DNA of 64,000 bases from the human T2T-CHM13v2.0 reference genome, Homo sapiens (GCF_009914755.1 NC_060934.1); one strand, 5' to 3'; counted from the first letter of the stretch, positions 17,196 through 34,760 are shown. Translations and numbers: made by a program. The notes: generated from the sequence alone by a model not told the origin.

Positions 17196-17789
17196 AGCTG
17201 CATATGTATTTTTAATTATTGCCTTTTGTTTCTTGATCATGGCATGGCCTCAGCTCCCATTGCCCCGGGTGTCCATTTCATTCCTGTAGATTTGCCTTTG
17301 ATTAGGCCTTAATCTGTCTCCTTCACTGGTATTAGCAGAGTCTAAAAAAATCCTAAGGGTTTTTTTTTTTTTGTGACATGAAGATATTACCCACTCTGTT
17401 TGTGAAACTAGATGTCAGACTTTATATTGTTTATTGTACAACTTTGTACAATCTAAAAGTTCTTTCACCCATCCAATTTTATATCAATTCATTATTTCAC
17501 AAGGCTATCATTGGGATTTCATAAAATATGATCCTATAATGTTTTAGGACCATAATGAACCAAACCACATTACTTGAACCAAAAGATAGTAATTGAGTTT
17601 AAAGTAGAGGAAACTAGTTCATCATACCTATTGTCCAGGAGTGTAGGCTGGGTCTTCGGGATAACCATTCTTTTTTCTAGGTGTTAAGAAGCAATTGATA
17701 TATTAGAATCTTACTATTGAATCCATTTTATGGTCCTACACTTTTACTTTTGAAATGTGTATGTAAACAAAAAACTTAAATCAAAACCT

Positions 17790-19075
17790 TCTGATTTTAA
17801 ATTTGTAAAAAAGACCAGCAGGAACTTATGATGTATTTTTTTTTTTCTAAAAAGAAGGTATGTTTTCTAACTCTATTCACTGAAAACACCAAGAGGCAAT
17901 GACAACTCCATCATAATTAGCACTTTGGGGACCCAATGTGTGAATTTGAATTTTAAATTATATTTCCCACTAAAACAAAATTCAGGGCTTCTTGCAGAAA
18001 TGATTGATTCCAGGTTTGAAACAGAAAATGTTAAAGATAAGTTTTATGTGCCTTTAAGTTGAAGGACTCTTGGCCTGAGATGGAATGATTTGACACCCAA
18101 AGTAATGATGATGCAATTAATTGAAATACAATACATAGATTTAACGTTTTTATGAGTTCTAATTATAGTAAAAAAAAGCAAAACCTTTATTGGTCATGTT
18201 TCAATACTGCTATATAATCAATTCATTATTTTGAAAATGTATAATTAAAAGAAAAAATTAAAGATTTATCCTGCATTTCCTATACAAACTATGGCCAAAT
18301 AATTGCTTCTTTATAGAAGACACTGGCTAATGCAAGTAGAAGAAATGAGATCCACAGAAAATCACATATTTGTAACCCTTCATAAGATAATGGGTTTAGG
18401 CAATGATCCAATGGCTGTAGAAATCTCTAAGTGACATTTTAGTGGGGAGTCATCTGATAGATGGATAAGGATACCAACACCTGAACCCACTCAGCAGCTC
18501 TAACATCATAAAAAGAAAGGCAATCAGACATTCAATGTTTCCTGATGTGATACAATAAGGAAAAGTGCACATGAAATATTGTTTCAAAAAACATGAACCT
18601 GTACCTGATTAAGGGTCTAGAGCTAGCTACCATTTACAGGAGATCAGAGAGTAGAATAGTGTGTTAAATATCACCAAAGGATGTCAAATCTAGGGTGTGG
18701 GAAAATTTACAGGAAAATTGACCTGCTTTCTTCAATAAATAAATGGCAAAAGAAAGAGGTAAACTAAAAAATAGAAAAGGGGCAGGTGGGATTTAATAGA
18801 CATATTCATCAAATGCAATATGTGGCCTTGTTTGAATCCCAACTGATAAAAATCATTTAGAGACAATTGGAGAAATTTGAACACTGAGTAGATATTTGAT
18901 GATATGATGGAATTATTGATTATTTTGTTAAACAGGATGAAGACATTACTGTTACTTATTGTGTCCTTATCTACTAGACATTAAAAGAGGAAGCAGTTTC
19001 TGATAAAATATGGTATCTGGGATTTGTTTTAAAATGTTCCAGTGCATAACAGGGGTGGTAAAAAGAATCTATGGG
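17790..19075 (+). mobile_element. L1MC4/L1ME-type long 3'UTR fragment
   Basis: Typical GAGACAATTGGAGAAATTTGAACACTGAGTAGATATTTGATGATA and ATCTGGGATTTGTTTTAAAAT motifs. Confidence 0.6.
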
Positions 19076-19257
19076 AGGTACTTAGGGTGGCCATGTAATT
19101 TATCATCCAAACTGGAACACTGGGGAATAATGTGGTGCCACATTACAAGCATGAACAGGCATCCCCAGGCTCTCGCCCTGTGTGCATGTCTGCTTGGAGC
19201 CATGGATGAGCTGCTCTGGTCTAGACACATTCACATTTCTCATGGGGCACCCAGGAG

Positions 19258-19615
19258 TGATATGGTTTGGCTTTGCATCCCCACCCAAATCTCACCATGA
19301 ATGGTAACAATCCCCACACGTCAAGCGAGGGGCCAGGTGGAGATAATTGAATCATGGGGGTGGTTTCCCCCATACTGTTCTTGTGATAGTGAATAAGTCT
19401 CATGAGATCTGATGATTTTATAAATGCGAGTTCCCCTGAACAAGCTCTCTTGCCTACTGCCATGTAAGACATGACTTTCTTCTCCTTTGTCTTCTGCCAT
19501 GCTTGTGAGGCCTTCCCAGCCATGTGGAACTATAAGTCCATTAAACCTCTTTTTCTGTATAAACTACTCAGCCTTGGATATGTCTTTATTAGCAGAGTGA
19601 GAACTGACTAATGCA
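19258..19615 (+). mobile_element. THE1 (THE1A/B-like) MaLR solo LTR
   Basis: TGATATGGTTTGG...ACTAATGCA ends, ATTAAA poly(A) signal, perfect 5-bp TSD AGGAG (19253-19257 / 19616-19620). Confidence 0.93.
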
Positions 19616-20017
19616 AGGAGACAGCACTCCCACAGCACAGCACAGGGCCCCATCAGCTATGAGGGGCGCAACCACAGCCAAGATGGCACCTGAGCAAAGA
19701 AGATGCTGCTTGTGGTTCACAGACTACTCTAAGCTTGTCCTCTCTTTCTTCCTGTGTGCTTAGCTTAAATAGAGAAACTGCCTGTTTTGGTGATTCCCTC
19801 CTTGGTGATGGAGGCCACACCATCAGCAATGACTTCTTGTTCTTTCTAAGCTCTTGGAAATATGGTCTTGGCCACTGGCTCTTTGTTGACAAACAAGACA
19901 GTGAGGATCACTGCTTCCTGGTCCTGATGAAGAGGTAGAAGTAGCAGGGCAGCAGTGAGATGTCTCCAAGTCTGGCCTATGAAATGAGGTTTTCTGCAAA
20001 GTACCCCAGCACTGTCT

Positions 20018-20470
20018 CATTCATTCGTTTTGTATTTATTCCACGAATTTGTATTGAGCCTTTGTTACATGCCAGGTTCTGGGCTAGGCTGTGGAAAAAC
20101 TGAGATAAGAGACACAGTCCTTGTTCTCAAAGAGTTTGTCATCTAGTGGGACAGATGGGCAAATATTTCTCTCAGAATTGTAAGCTCAAAGATATATACT
20201 TCATTAGTTCATCCAAAGAACACGGCTGATTAGAAAAAGGTTGAGCATTGTTTTAGACACAGGAGAAACAGCCCTGGTCGAGAGGGTTGCTGTCCTTACC
20301 TGGGGAAGGTTAACATCAGGCTTGAGTGGCCAGAAAGGGTGTCACAGGCCCATGGGTGTTGGGCACAGTCTTGAAGGAGAAAGTATGTAAGAGAGAGTGA
20401 AGACCAGGCATCCCAAGCAGAGAGAACAGCCCGGGCCAAGAGGCAGAAGCAGAGACATGCCAAATGTCAG
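20018..20470 (-). mobile_element. L2 3' fragment
   Basis: CATTCATT...GTATTGAGCC...ATGCCAGGTTCTGGGCTAGG...CTCAAAGAGTTTGTCATCTAGTGGG. Confidence 0.6.
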
Positions 20471-22777
20471 AGAAGGAAAGGCCAAATTCTCACCCCTGGG
20501 TGGATTCCAGACTTTCAGCCAACAACCAAATGTGTTAATTGATTGCTTTATGAGCTAATTATCTCATGGTCATCAGCTTCTTTCATTGAGATGAGCACAG
20601 GCCCAGCTTCCATATCTGCTGAAACTTACATCCCACTCTGGTTGCCTCCCATAGGCTGGGAAAGGAGTCAGGATCAGGAAGACATGTCCGGGCAGCCTGG
20701 GCTTTCTATCTCATTGTGCCAAATTGTTTGGCCAGCATTGTCTTCAAGGCTTTGCTCCAGGCTGTGGCTGGACATCTCAGCAATCTAATCATTTTTACAA
20801 GAAATGGATTCTTACTAATGAAAAGTAGGAATTACAGCCAATAGCATACTCTTAGATACCAGAACCCACCCAAATTTGTCAAGGGTTTCTAGCTGGGTTT
20901 CTGATTCTAAAAACATTGCTTAAAAAACATTGCTTAAAGTATAGTTACTAAAGTTAGGAGTGGGCCTCAGATTTGATGAGTAACTCTATAGGTCAGTAGG
21001 GATGACAGGCACTAAATAAAAAGCCCCCCCAGGATCCATCACTTCCGCCAAATTTCTTTTCCTATAACCTGTTTTTCTGTCATTTGTTTCCTAAGTCCCC
21101 ACCCATTCAATGACAGTCATAGGCTATCTGACAACCTGGAAATGGTAGAGCAAGGGGCATAAAGGGTACCTTTTAGTCTATGGCAATAACATAGAGGGGA
21201 TATATATAATTACCTTGCATATACCTTAAGACAAAGTAAATGTTTTTGAAAGTGTAGTAAAATACTACAGGCATGACCTTAGAGCAAAGTTTTGCCTATT
21301 GTCACCTGAAGATTCATAATGAAAAATGATGGCCAAATGAAATCAACATATCTTTTTAGATTCATCAGATAATTGAGCTCACAGAGCAAAATGATGTTCC
21401 CCAAATTGAAGAAGCAGGCGAATGCAAAGAATCACAGCTTGCTGGGACCGTAAGCTGCTGAAGCAGGAAACAAGGATTCCATATAATAACACGGGGGTTA
21501 CAATTAAAAGAGCCACAACACTAATGCTCATTTAAGAAAGAAGCTCAGATATAACAGGAAATGAAAAGAAGGACACCAGAAGAAATTAAAGCCTCAGACA
21601 CCTACAGCTAAAACAAGGAGTAAACACAGACACAATAATTCCTAACCAGATGAAGATAAAGCCACACACTAAAAGCCTACTAACCTGAACTTCTATTCTT
21701 CAATATGCAACAAATGTTTCTCAGTGAAAAATTACAAAGCATGAAAGGCGGTTCCTAGATGGCCGAATAGGAACAGCTCCGGTCTGCAGCTCCCTGTGTG
21801 ATCTAAACAGAAGACGGGTGGTTTCTGCATTTCCAACTGAGGTACGCGTTTCATCTCAATGTGACTGGTCTGAAAGTGGGTGCAGCTCACAGAGGGTGAG
21901 CCAAAGCAAAACAGAGCATCCCCTCACCCAGGAAGCACAAGGGGTCCGGGGGTTTCCCTTTCCTAGCCAAGGGAAGCCATGACAGACTGTACCGGGAAAA
22001 TCAGGACACTGCCACCTAAACACTGCGCTTTTTCCATGGTCTTAGCAAATGGCACACCAGGAGATTATATCCTGCACCTGGCTCAGTGGGTCCCACACCC
22101 ACGGAGCCTTGCTCACTGCTAGTCCGAGATCAAACTGCAAGGCAGCAAGCCTGGCTGGGGGAGGGGTGTCTGCCATTGCTGAGGCTTGAGTAGGTAAACA
22201 AAGCAGCCAGAAAGCTCAAACTGGGTGGAGTCCACTGCAGCTCAACGAGGCCCACCTGCCTCTGTAGACTCCAGGTCTAGGACCAGGGCATACCTGAACA
22301 AAAGGCAGCAGAAACTTCTGCAGACTTAAATGTCCCTGTCTGACAGCTCTGAAGAGAGCAGTGATTCTCCCAGCATGATGTTTGAGCTCTGAGAATGGAC
22401 AGACTGCCTCCTCAAGTGGGTCCCTGACCCCCATGTAGCCTAACTTGGAGGCACCTTCCTGTAGGGGTCAACTGACACCTCATACAGCTGGATGCCCCTC
22501 TGAGATGAAGCTTCTAGAGGAAGCATCAGGCAGCAATATTTGCTGTTCTGCAATATTTGCTGTTCTGCAGCCTCCGCTGGTGATACCGAGGCAAACAGGT
22601 TCTTGAGTGGACCTCCAGCAAACTCCCAACAGACCTGCAGTCGAGGGACTTGACTGGTAAAAGGAAAACTAACAAACAGAAAGGAATAGCATCAACATCA
22701 ACAAAAAGGACACCAACACAAAAACCCCATCTGTAGGTCACCATCATCAAAGACCAAAGGTAGATAAAACTACAAAG

Positions 22778-23802
22778 ATGGGGAGAAACCAGAGAAGGAA
22801 AACTGAAAATTCTAAGAACCACAGTGCCCCTTCTCCAAAGGATCACAGCTCCTCCTCGCCAGCAATGGAACAAAGCAGGATAGAGAATGACTCTGACGAG
22901 TTGACAGAAATAGGCTTCAGAAAGTTGGTAATAACAAATTTCTCTGAACTAAAGGAGGATGTTTGAACCCATTGCAAGGAAGCTCAAAACCTTGAAAAAA
23001 GATTAGACAAATGGCTAATTAGAATAAACAGTGTAGAGAAGACCTTAAATAACCTGATGGAGCTGAAAACCATGGCATGAGAACTACGTACACATGCACA
23101 AGCTTCAGTAGCCGATTTGATCAAGTGGAAGAAAGGGTATCAGTGATTGAAGATCAAACTAATGAAATGAAGTGGGAAGAGATGTTTAGAGAAAAAAGAG
23201 TAAAAAGAAACGAACAAAGCCTCCAAGAAATACAGGACAATGTGAAAAGACCAAATCTACGTTTGATTGGTGTACCTGAAAGTGATGAGGATAATGGAAC
23301 CAAGTTGGAAAACACTCTTAAGGATATTATCCAGGAGACCTTCCTAAACCTAGCAAGGCAGGCCAATATTCAAATTCAGGAAATACAGAGAACACCACAA
23401 AGATACTCCTCAAGAAGAGCAACCCCAAAACACGTAATTGTCAGATTCACCAAGGTTGAAATGAAGGGAAAAATGCTAAGGGCAGCCAGAAAGAAAGGTC
23501 GGGTTACCCACAAAGGGAAGCCCATCAGACTAACAGCGGATCTCTTGGCAGAAACCCAAGAAGCCAGAAGAGAGTGGGGGCCAATATTCAACATTCTTGA
23601 AGAAAAGCATTTTCAATGCAGAATTTCATATCCAGCCAAACTAAGCTTCACAAGTGAAGGAGAAATAAAATCCTTTACAGACAAGCAAATGCTGAGAGAT
23701 TTTGTGACCACCAGGCCTGCCTTACAAGAGCTCCTGAAGGAAGCATTAAACATGGAAAGGAACAACCAGTACCAGCCACTGCAAAAACATGCCAAATTGT
23801 AA
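22778..23802 (+). pseudogene. L1 ORF1 of copy B, disrupted
   Basis: MGRNQ... start; premature stop ending at 22966; C-terminal 241-aa piece ending QPLQKHAKL. Confidence 0.88.
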
Positions 23803-23862
23803 AGACCATCGATGCTAGGAAGAAACTGCATCAACTAACGAGCAAAATAACCAGCTAATATC

Positions 23863-27680
<3,818 letters not shown>

Positions 27681-29602
27681 GCAATGAGACACAAGGTGGG
27701 GAACATCACACACTGGGGCCTGTCGTGCGGTGGGGGGATGAAGGAGGGATAGCATTAGGAGAAATAACTAATGTAAATGATGAGTTAATGGGTGCAGCAA
27801 ACCAACATGGCACATATATACATATGTAACAAACCTGCACGTTGTGCACATGTACCCTAGAACTTAAAGTATAATAAAAAAATAAATAAATAAGAAAAGA
27901 AAAATTACAAAGCATGCTAAAAGGCAAGAAAGAACATAGTGTCAAGAGCCAAAGCAAGGAACGGAGCCAGTCTCAAGTATGATGCAGATTTTTGAATTAT
28001 CAGAACAGATATGTAAATTAAGACTGATTAATATGCTAAGGGCTCTAATGGAAAATGTGACTGATATGTAAGAACGAATGGGTAGTGAAAGCAGAAAAAT
28101 GGAAGTTCTCAGAAAGAATCCACTGGAAATTTTGGAAATCAAAAACATTGTTGCAAAGAAAAATGCCTTTGATGGGCTTGCCAGTAGACGGGACCCTGGG
28201 AGGAAAGAATCACTGAGCATGAAAATGTGTCAATAGAATCTTCCCAAACTGAAATGCAAGAGAAAGGAAATAAGAATAAAATGAAAAAAGGAGCAAGATA
28301 TCCAAGAACTGTAATACAATTACAGAAGGTGTAATATATGCACAATGAGAATTCCAGAATTTGTGAAAGAAAGGACCAGAAGAAATATTTGAAGTAATAA
28401 TGGTTGAGAATTTTCAAAAACTAATGACATGTGCCAAGCCACAGGTCCAGGAAACTGAGGGAACACCAAGCAGGATAAATACCAAAAAAAAAAAAAAAAA
28501 AAAAAAATTAGACACTTAGGGACACCCTATTCAAACTGTAGGAAACTAAAGATAAAGAGAAAATCTTAAAAGAAGCCAAAAGAATAAAACACGTTACTTA
28601 TAGAGGACCAAAGATAAGAATTATATCAGACTTCTGAAGAGAATTATACCGGACTTCTCTACAGAAGTCCGATATATACATCTTCACAGGTAGTGGGTAA
28701 CTTATAACAGAGTAGTCCCAATTTCTTCCTCCCATGCAAGCAAGAAGAGGTGAAGTGGAATATTTAAATTATTGAAAGAAAAAAAAAAAACCCATCAACC
28801 TAAAATCCTGTGTACTGCAAAATTATTCCTCAAAAGTAAAGGAGAAATAAAGACATTTTCAGGCAAACAAAAATTGAGAGAATTTGTCTCCAGTAGACTT
28901 GCATTGCCTGAAATGTTAAAACAAGTTCTTCAGAGAAAAAAAAAGTCAGAAATTTTGTTCTACTGAAAGAAATAAAACATTAGAAAAGGAATAAATAAGG
29001 GTAAAATTTTAAGGTTTTGTTTTTTATTCTTAATAGTTCTAATAAATAATTATTCACATAGTAATAGCAACAGTGCATTGGGTGACTAGCTTAGCGGTAA
29101 GTGGTATAAATGTTTGAAGGCATGCCAGAAAGAAATTGGGACTACTCTGTTATAAGGTACATGCTACCTGTGAAGAAGTATAGCGTTATTTGAAAGTGGA
29201 CTTAGATTACTGCAAATTCAAGAGTAACCATTGAAAAACAGGGTGGGAAAGAAGTATAATTAATATGTTACGAGAGGAGGTACACTGAAACCATATAAAA
29301 TGCTCAGTTAACACTGAGAGAAGGCAGAAGTGAGAGATAAAAGAAAAACAAAAAAGGGCAACAAATAGAAAACAATAACAAATATGATAAATATTAGTCC
29401 AATTATATTAATAATCACTTTAAATGTTAATAATATAAATATACCAATCAGAAGACAAAAACTGATAGAATGAAAACAAAAAAGACTAAACTATATGTTG
29501 TCTATAAGATACCCATTTTAAATACAGACACAGAAACATTAAAAGTAAAGGGATGGAGAAGATATACCATGCTATCACCAGGGATAAAGAAGGACATTAC
29601 AA

Positions 29603-29907
29603 GGCCGGATGCAGTGGCTTATGCCTGTAATCCCAGCACTTTGGGAGGCTGAGGCGGGCGGATCATAAGGTCAGGATATCGAGACCATCCTGGCCAACAT
29701 GGTGAAACCCCGTTTCTACTAAAAACACAGAAAATTAGCCGGGCATGGTGGCGGGCTCCTGTAGTCCCAGCTAATCGGGAGGCTAAGCAGGAGAATGGCT
29801 CGAACTCGGGAGGCAGAGCTTGCAGTGAACCGAGATTGTGCCACTGCACTCCAGCCTGGGCGACAGAGCGAGACTCCGTCTCCAAAAAAAAAAAAAAAAA
29901 AAAAAAA
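29603..29907 (+). mobile_element. AluY / AluSc8-like Alu
   Basis: Full dimer, GGATCATAAGGTCAGGATATCGAGACCATCC, long poly(A), imperfect TSD AAAGAAGG(GG)AYATTACA. Confidence 0.9.
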
Positions 29908-30177
29908 GAAGGGGATATTACATAGTGATAAAGGGTCAGCTCTCTAAGAAGATCTAATAATTTTTAATGTATATGTGTCTAACAACACTACATCAAAATA
30001 CATAGGGCAAAATTTGGTATAACTGCAAGGAGAAATAGATTAATCCACTATTATAGTTGAAGACTTCAACATCCCTCTATAAGAAAAGGACAGATCCAGC
30101 AGGCAGAAAATCAGTAAAAACATCGTTTAATGTAACAACACCATCAGTTAACTGGCTCTAGTCACCTTGATAGATTA

Positions 30178-30532
30178 CACATCCTCCTTGACTTACTATG
30201 AAGTTACATCCTAATAAACCCATTGTAAGTTGAAAATACACAAAGTCAAAAATGCATTTACTACACCTAACTTACCAAATATGATAACTTAGCTTAACTT
30301 AAATGTTCTCAGAAAACTTATGTTATCTTACAGTTGGGCAAAACTATCTAACTAAGCCTATTTAATAAAGGGTTGAATATCTCATATAATTTATTAAATA
30401 CTGTGCTGGAAGTGAGAAATAGAATGACTGTATGGTGTTTGAAGTATGGTTTCTACTGAATGGGTTTTGCTTTTACACCATCTTAAAGTCGAAAAATTGT
30501 AAGTTGAATCATCGTAAGTCAGGGACCATCTG
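30178..30532 (+). mobile_element. MER47A-like TcMar-Tigger MITE
   Basis: TA-flanked; TIR-like CACATCCTCCTTGACTTAC / GTAAGTCAGGGACCATCTG; ~355 bp. Confidence 0.85.
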
Positions 30533-31896
30533 TACTTCATCTAATAAAAGCAGAATACACATTTTTCTCAAGCTCATATGGGATACTTACCAAGATAGAT
30601 TCCATTCTGGGTACTGAAACAGATTGAACAAATTTTTAAAAATAAAATTCATAAAAAGTATGCTCTTGGACCATAATGAAATTAGCTAGAAATCAATAAT
30701 GGAAAGATAGCTGGAAAAGAACCAAATATTTGGAGATTAAGCAACATACTTGCAAATAACACGTGAGTCAAAAGAGAAATCTCAAGAGAAATTAGAAATA
30801 TTTTTAATTAAATGAAAATAAAGATACAACTTATCAAAATTTGGGGAATACATCAAAAGGAATGGTTAGAGAGAAATTTATAGCATTGAATGCATATATG
30901 CATATATTAGAATAGAAGGAGGACCTGAAATCAATAGAGGAAATAGGAAAATAAAGCAAGAAGAGCAATATAACTCTAAAGTGACCAAAAGAAAAGAAAT
31001 AATAAAAATTAGAACTTCAATGAAATTAAAAACAGAAAAACAATAAGGAACCCAACAAAACCAAAAGTGGATTCTTTGAAAAGATCAATAAAATGGATAA
31101 ACTTCTAGCCAGGCTAAACAAGAATCAAAGTGAGAGACACACATTTGTAGGGTGAGAAATGAAAGAGGGGAAATGACTACTGATCCCAAGGATATAAAAA
31201 GAGTGATACAGGAATATTATGAACAACTCTATGACCACAAATTTGATAACTTAGATAAAATGCACTTCTTTAAAAAATGCAGAAGATGCGGTGAGAAAAT
31301 GACTTGAGAATTAAAATGGGGAAAATCAACATAGTCTAAAAACTGTAAGATGGAAATTCTGTCATGATACAATCCAAAAAAAATTAGCACATAACTAACG
31401 AAATAATTAATTATCATCTACAGTAAGAATGGGATTATTACAAGAGGGAAATGATGAGCTCATTAAGAGTAAGTAACATTGGAATAGTGGCTAGTTATTT
31501 TTTCCAATAATGTATGTAACATAACTACGTAAGGAAAAAGAAGTAAGAATGTTTTGGCCTATATGTCTTAATTTTTTAAGTGACATAATGTCTTAGGAAT
31601 ACTAGAAAACAATATAATGAAGTATGTTCTTTTTAATAGTACTTGTGGAAAAGTATGTAACTGGCTTGTGTAACCCTGTCCTAACACTCTGATTAATAGC
31701 TTAGTCTTGACACAGAGGGAGGCTTCAGGAAACAACTATAATTCTGTGTTTCCACTCTCTTATTCAATATTCTTATCAAGGAATAAAATTAAAACTTTGA
31801 AGGAATACATGTAGAGCTAAATATTTAAAAAATAGATCGAGAGATTTTGAAATGACTGTATCAGGATTAAACTTAACAGGAACAAATATAAGTCCC

Positions 31897-32463
31897 TGTG
31901 TTGGGAGTTTCCAAGACTACCTCCAGTTTCAGTGATTTCCTAGGAGGATGCAGAGGCCTCTGCATGTAGTCATATTCATGGCTGTAATTTATTACAGCAA
32001 AAGGGTACCAAGTAAAATCAGTAAAGACAAAAGACATATGGGGTGAAATCTGGAGGAAGCTAGGCACATGCTTTCAGGAGTGTTATCCCAGAGGAGTCAC
32101 ACAGTATGTGCTTAATTCCTCAAGCCCTGATATATGACAACACTTGTTCAATATCTGCCAGACATCTACCAGAGGAGCTCATTAGAGGCTCAGTGCCTGG
32201 GGTTTTGATTGTGGGCTTGTCATATAGGTACCCCTCTGTCTAACACATACCAAAATTCCACACACCGGGAAGGAAAGCACATATTCAGCATTAACCATAT
32301 TGTTTGAACAAACAGTTTAAGCACAGTGAGCCATTCTAATCAGGGAATAATGGAAATTCTCCTGAAATCCAAGACCCCAGGTGCCTGTCAAGGGCCAGCC
32401 TTGCAAACAAGGCTTCCTAAGGAATGCAGTCTCAGGCCTACTCTGTTAACCCTTTTCTGCACA
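31897..32463 (-). mobile_element. MER77-like (MER21/68/77 group) ERV solo LTR
   Basis: Ends TGTGTTGGGAGTTTCCAAGACTACC and GTTAACCCTTTTCTGCACA; antisense AATAAA near 31990. Confidence 0.75.
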
Positions 32464-32574
32464 GCCCATATTATGGTGAGCACCAGCTTCATTGCACAAG
32501 CAAAGGGTATGAATGAAGTAATTGGCAGCACTTCACAGGAAACAGATCTGATGGTCTCCATTGACATCAACCAT

Positions 32575-32820
32575 GGAGCAGGGAGTATGATGGAAAGAAC
32601 TTAGTTTTGCAGTCATAGATATTTGAGCTCAAATATCAATTTGACCACTGACTTAATTTGACTTTCTAAGTTACTTAAACTGAGTTTCAGCTTCCTTGTC
32701 TATAAAATGGGATAGCAATAATAATAATAATAATGATAATAATAAATGTTGGAATTATTGTGGGGACTATAGATACATTTTATAAAGAATCTGGCAATCG
32801 ATAAATGGTAGCTACTACTG
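32575..32820 (+). mobile_element. MIR (MIRb-like)
   Basis: AAGTTACTTAAACTGAGTTTCAGCTTCCTTGTCTATAAAATGGGATA core; ends GATAAATGGTAGCTACTA. Confidence 0.75.
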
Positions 32821-33274
32821 TTTTAAGCTTAATATTAACCAAAATTGTAATGTGACTGGTAAAAACAACCCTCCTTTTGGATTTACTATGGGAGTGAGAA
32901 GCAGATTATAATCAGTATCTTAAAACTATTTCCAATATTTGAGACATGAAATAATTTAATGTTATAATAAATACAGGGAGGAAGCCTTCATGGCAGGTGA
33001 AATGCAAAAGACCATTACAGTCCATTGAAGGTGAAAGAATAGCCTTGGTGGGGATGGAGATTGTATCAGGAATCTTCAGAAGGCACTGGGAAAGTAGAAT
33101 ATGAAATGTAAAAGACATGTTGAAATTGAACTCAAATGTTTGATTACCCTTTTGGGAAGATGAGATTATAATTTTATTTTATAGGGTTCTGATGGGCTAG
33201 TGAGTTAGGACAATTCCTTAGAAATTACAGGAAAACTCAGATTTGTTGAGATAAGGAATATTTTCTGACAAACA

Positions 33275-33430
33275 GCTCTAACATTGGAATAGAAGACAAC
33301 TGGAGGTGCTGAGGTCTCCATTCTGGAACGTGTTCAAAGAGAAACTGGATAAAACATCTGCTAAGAACACTGTAGAAGAGTTCCCTGTATTAAGGGGAAT
33401 GAGGTTGCTCTTCTTGAGGAATCTTTTAAG
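33275..33430 (+). mobile_element. L3/CR1-like 3' fragment
   Basis: TCTCCATTCTGGAACGTGTTCAAAGAGAAACTGGATAAAACATCTG resembles the CR1 ORF2 end. Confidence 0.5.
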
Positions 33431-33454
33431 TATGTTGTAAAGAAAATCAGTAAT

Positions 33455-33988
33455 TAATCTTTTCCTGCTCAGATCCCTCTCTACAATTTTTGTCAATAGC
33501 ATCCCAATTTCCCAGCCCTCATGTCCAACCTATGAACTTTAGTGTCATGACCCTGCCCCTACCTGTGGGAGCCATGTGCCTCAGACTCGGCTACCCAGAA
33601 CACTGCCTCCTCTTGCTACAGGACTGGCCCGGGGTGACACATGGACCAAGATAGGACAGCAAGAGACCTCACTAGGGCTTAGGCTGGAGCCACTGGGGAG
33701 CAGACGCTTCAAGCTTACTGGGATTGCTAAGAAGGTGGCCTACAAATTAATCCTGCTGGGCCCAATTTGCCACCTGATGGAAAAGCCTACTGAGAATTCA
33801 GCCAGCACAGAGGAAACAAAAGCTAGAGTCAGAGACAGGAAATGAGAGAGACACCCCTGATAACATCTTTTGAGGCCCTGCCTCCATCCATTTCTCCCAG
33901 TTTTATGAGCCAATAAAACCCCATTTCTTACTTAAAGTGGTTGGAATCTGGTTTTGTTACATGCGACCAAATGACCCTTAATAATACA
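33455..33988 (+). mobile_element. Old MaLR LTR (MLT1K/L-like)
   Basis: TGAGCCAATAAAACCCC...GGTTTTGTTACATGCGACCAAATGACCCTTAATAATACA 3' end. Confidence 0.65.
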
Positions 33989-34760
33989 TTTTTTCTTTTA
34001 ATTGTCAAATAAGCTATTTTAAGAAATGAAGTATATGTGTAAGCCTCTCGTCACTCTAAAGAGTATGGATGCCACTTATAAATATAATAGGGCTAACTAA
34101 AGTTGGCATTCAAAGAGATAATCCAGAAAGTCCTGCACGTTTGCTAAAGCTGGGTTGCACATTTACCTAGAAGTCTTTCAAGAGCTGATCAAAACAGATA
34201 AAGAGCATTTGTTACAAGATCGGCAAAAGAGGATCAGTTGTTGTGTTCATGAATACAAACAGTACTTGGGGATGGTATTTGTTCCAGGGCACTAATGTCA
34301 GAGAGAAGTTTCTCCTTGGGTCGTGGTAAGGAGACCACCTCCTTGCTAACCTCCTACAGCAAGAATAATTAACAAATGCTGCCAGTTGCTCTCTGCAGCC
34401 CACCTCGACATAAACTACAGGAGCCAGACAAAAGCAAGAGAAATTAAAGCCCATCTATACAACGTCAAAGCAACTCTGTATATTTCAATGTCTAATCAGA
34501 ACGGTAAGAGCTCTGATAATCTGGCATCAGTAAAGGGAAGAGTTGACCAGATTTAGAAGAATGAATGAGTCCTTCATCTTCAAGCAGCATTTGCTGAGTG
34601 GCAGGGCCTCCATATCTGGAAGTGCAGGCGGCCCTCTTCCCCGATTTCTCAGGTGAGGGGCCAGCTCTGCTAAGTGTGCTGGGTGCTCCAGTGCAGGGCT
34701 GCATCCCAGAGGGAAGGCCTGCATTTTTCTCGCTTGCTAGAAATGCAGTCTCCCCCTTCT

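Noticed and set aside
19084-19175. Possible MER96B-like hAT fragment
   Set aside because: Only ~35 bp resemble the recalled consensus; too weak to list as a feature.
20908-20938. 14-bp tandem duplication AAAAACATTGCTTA
   Set aside because: Ordinary slippage duplication with no further structure.
28485-28507. Pure A23 tract (and the T tract at 11408-11430) as tail-only retroinsertions
   Set aside because: No TSD; more simply slippage expansion of A-rich L1 sequence.
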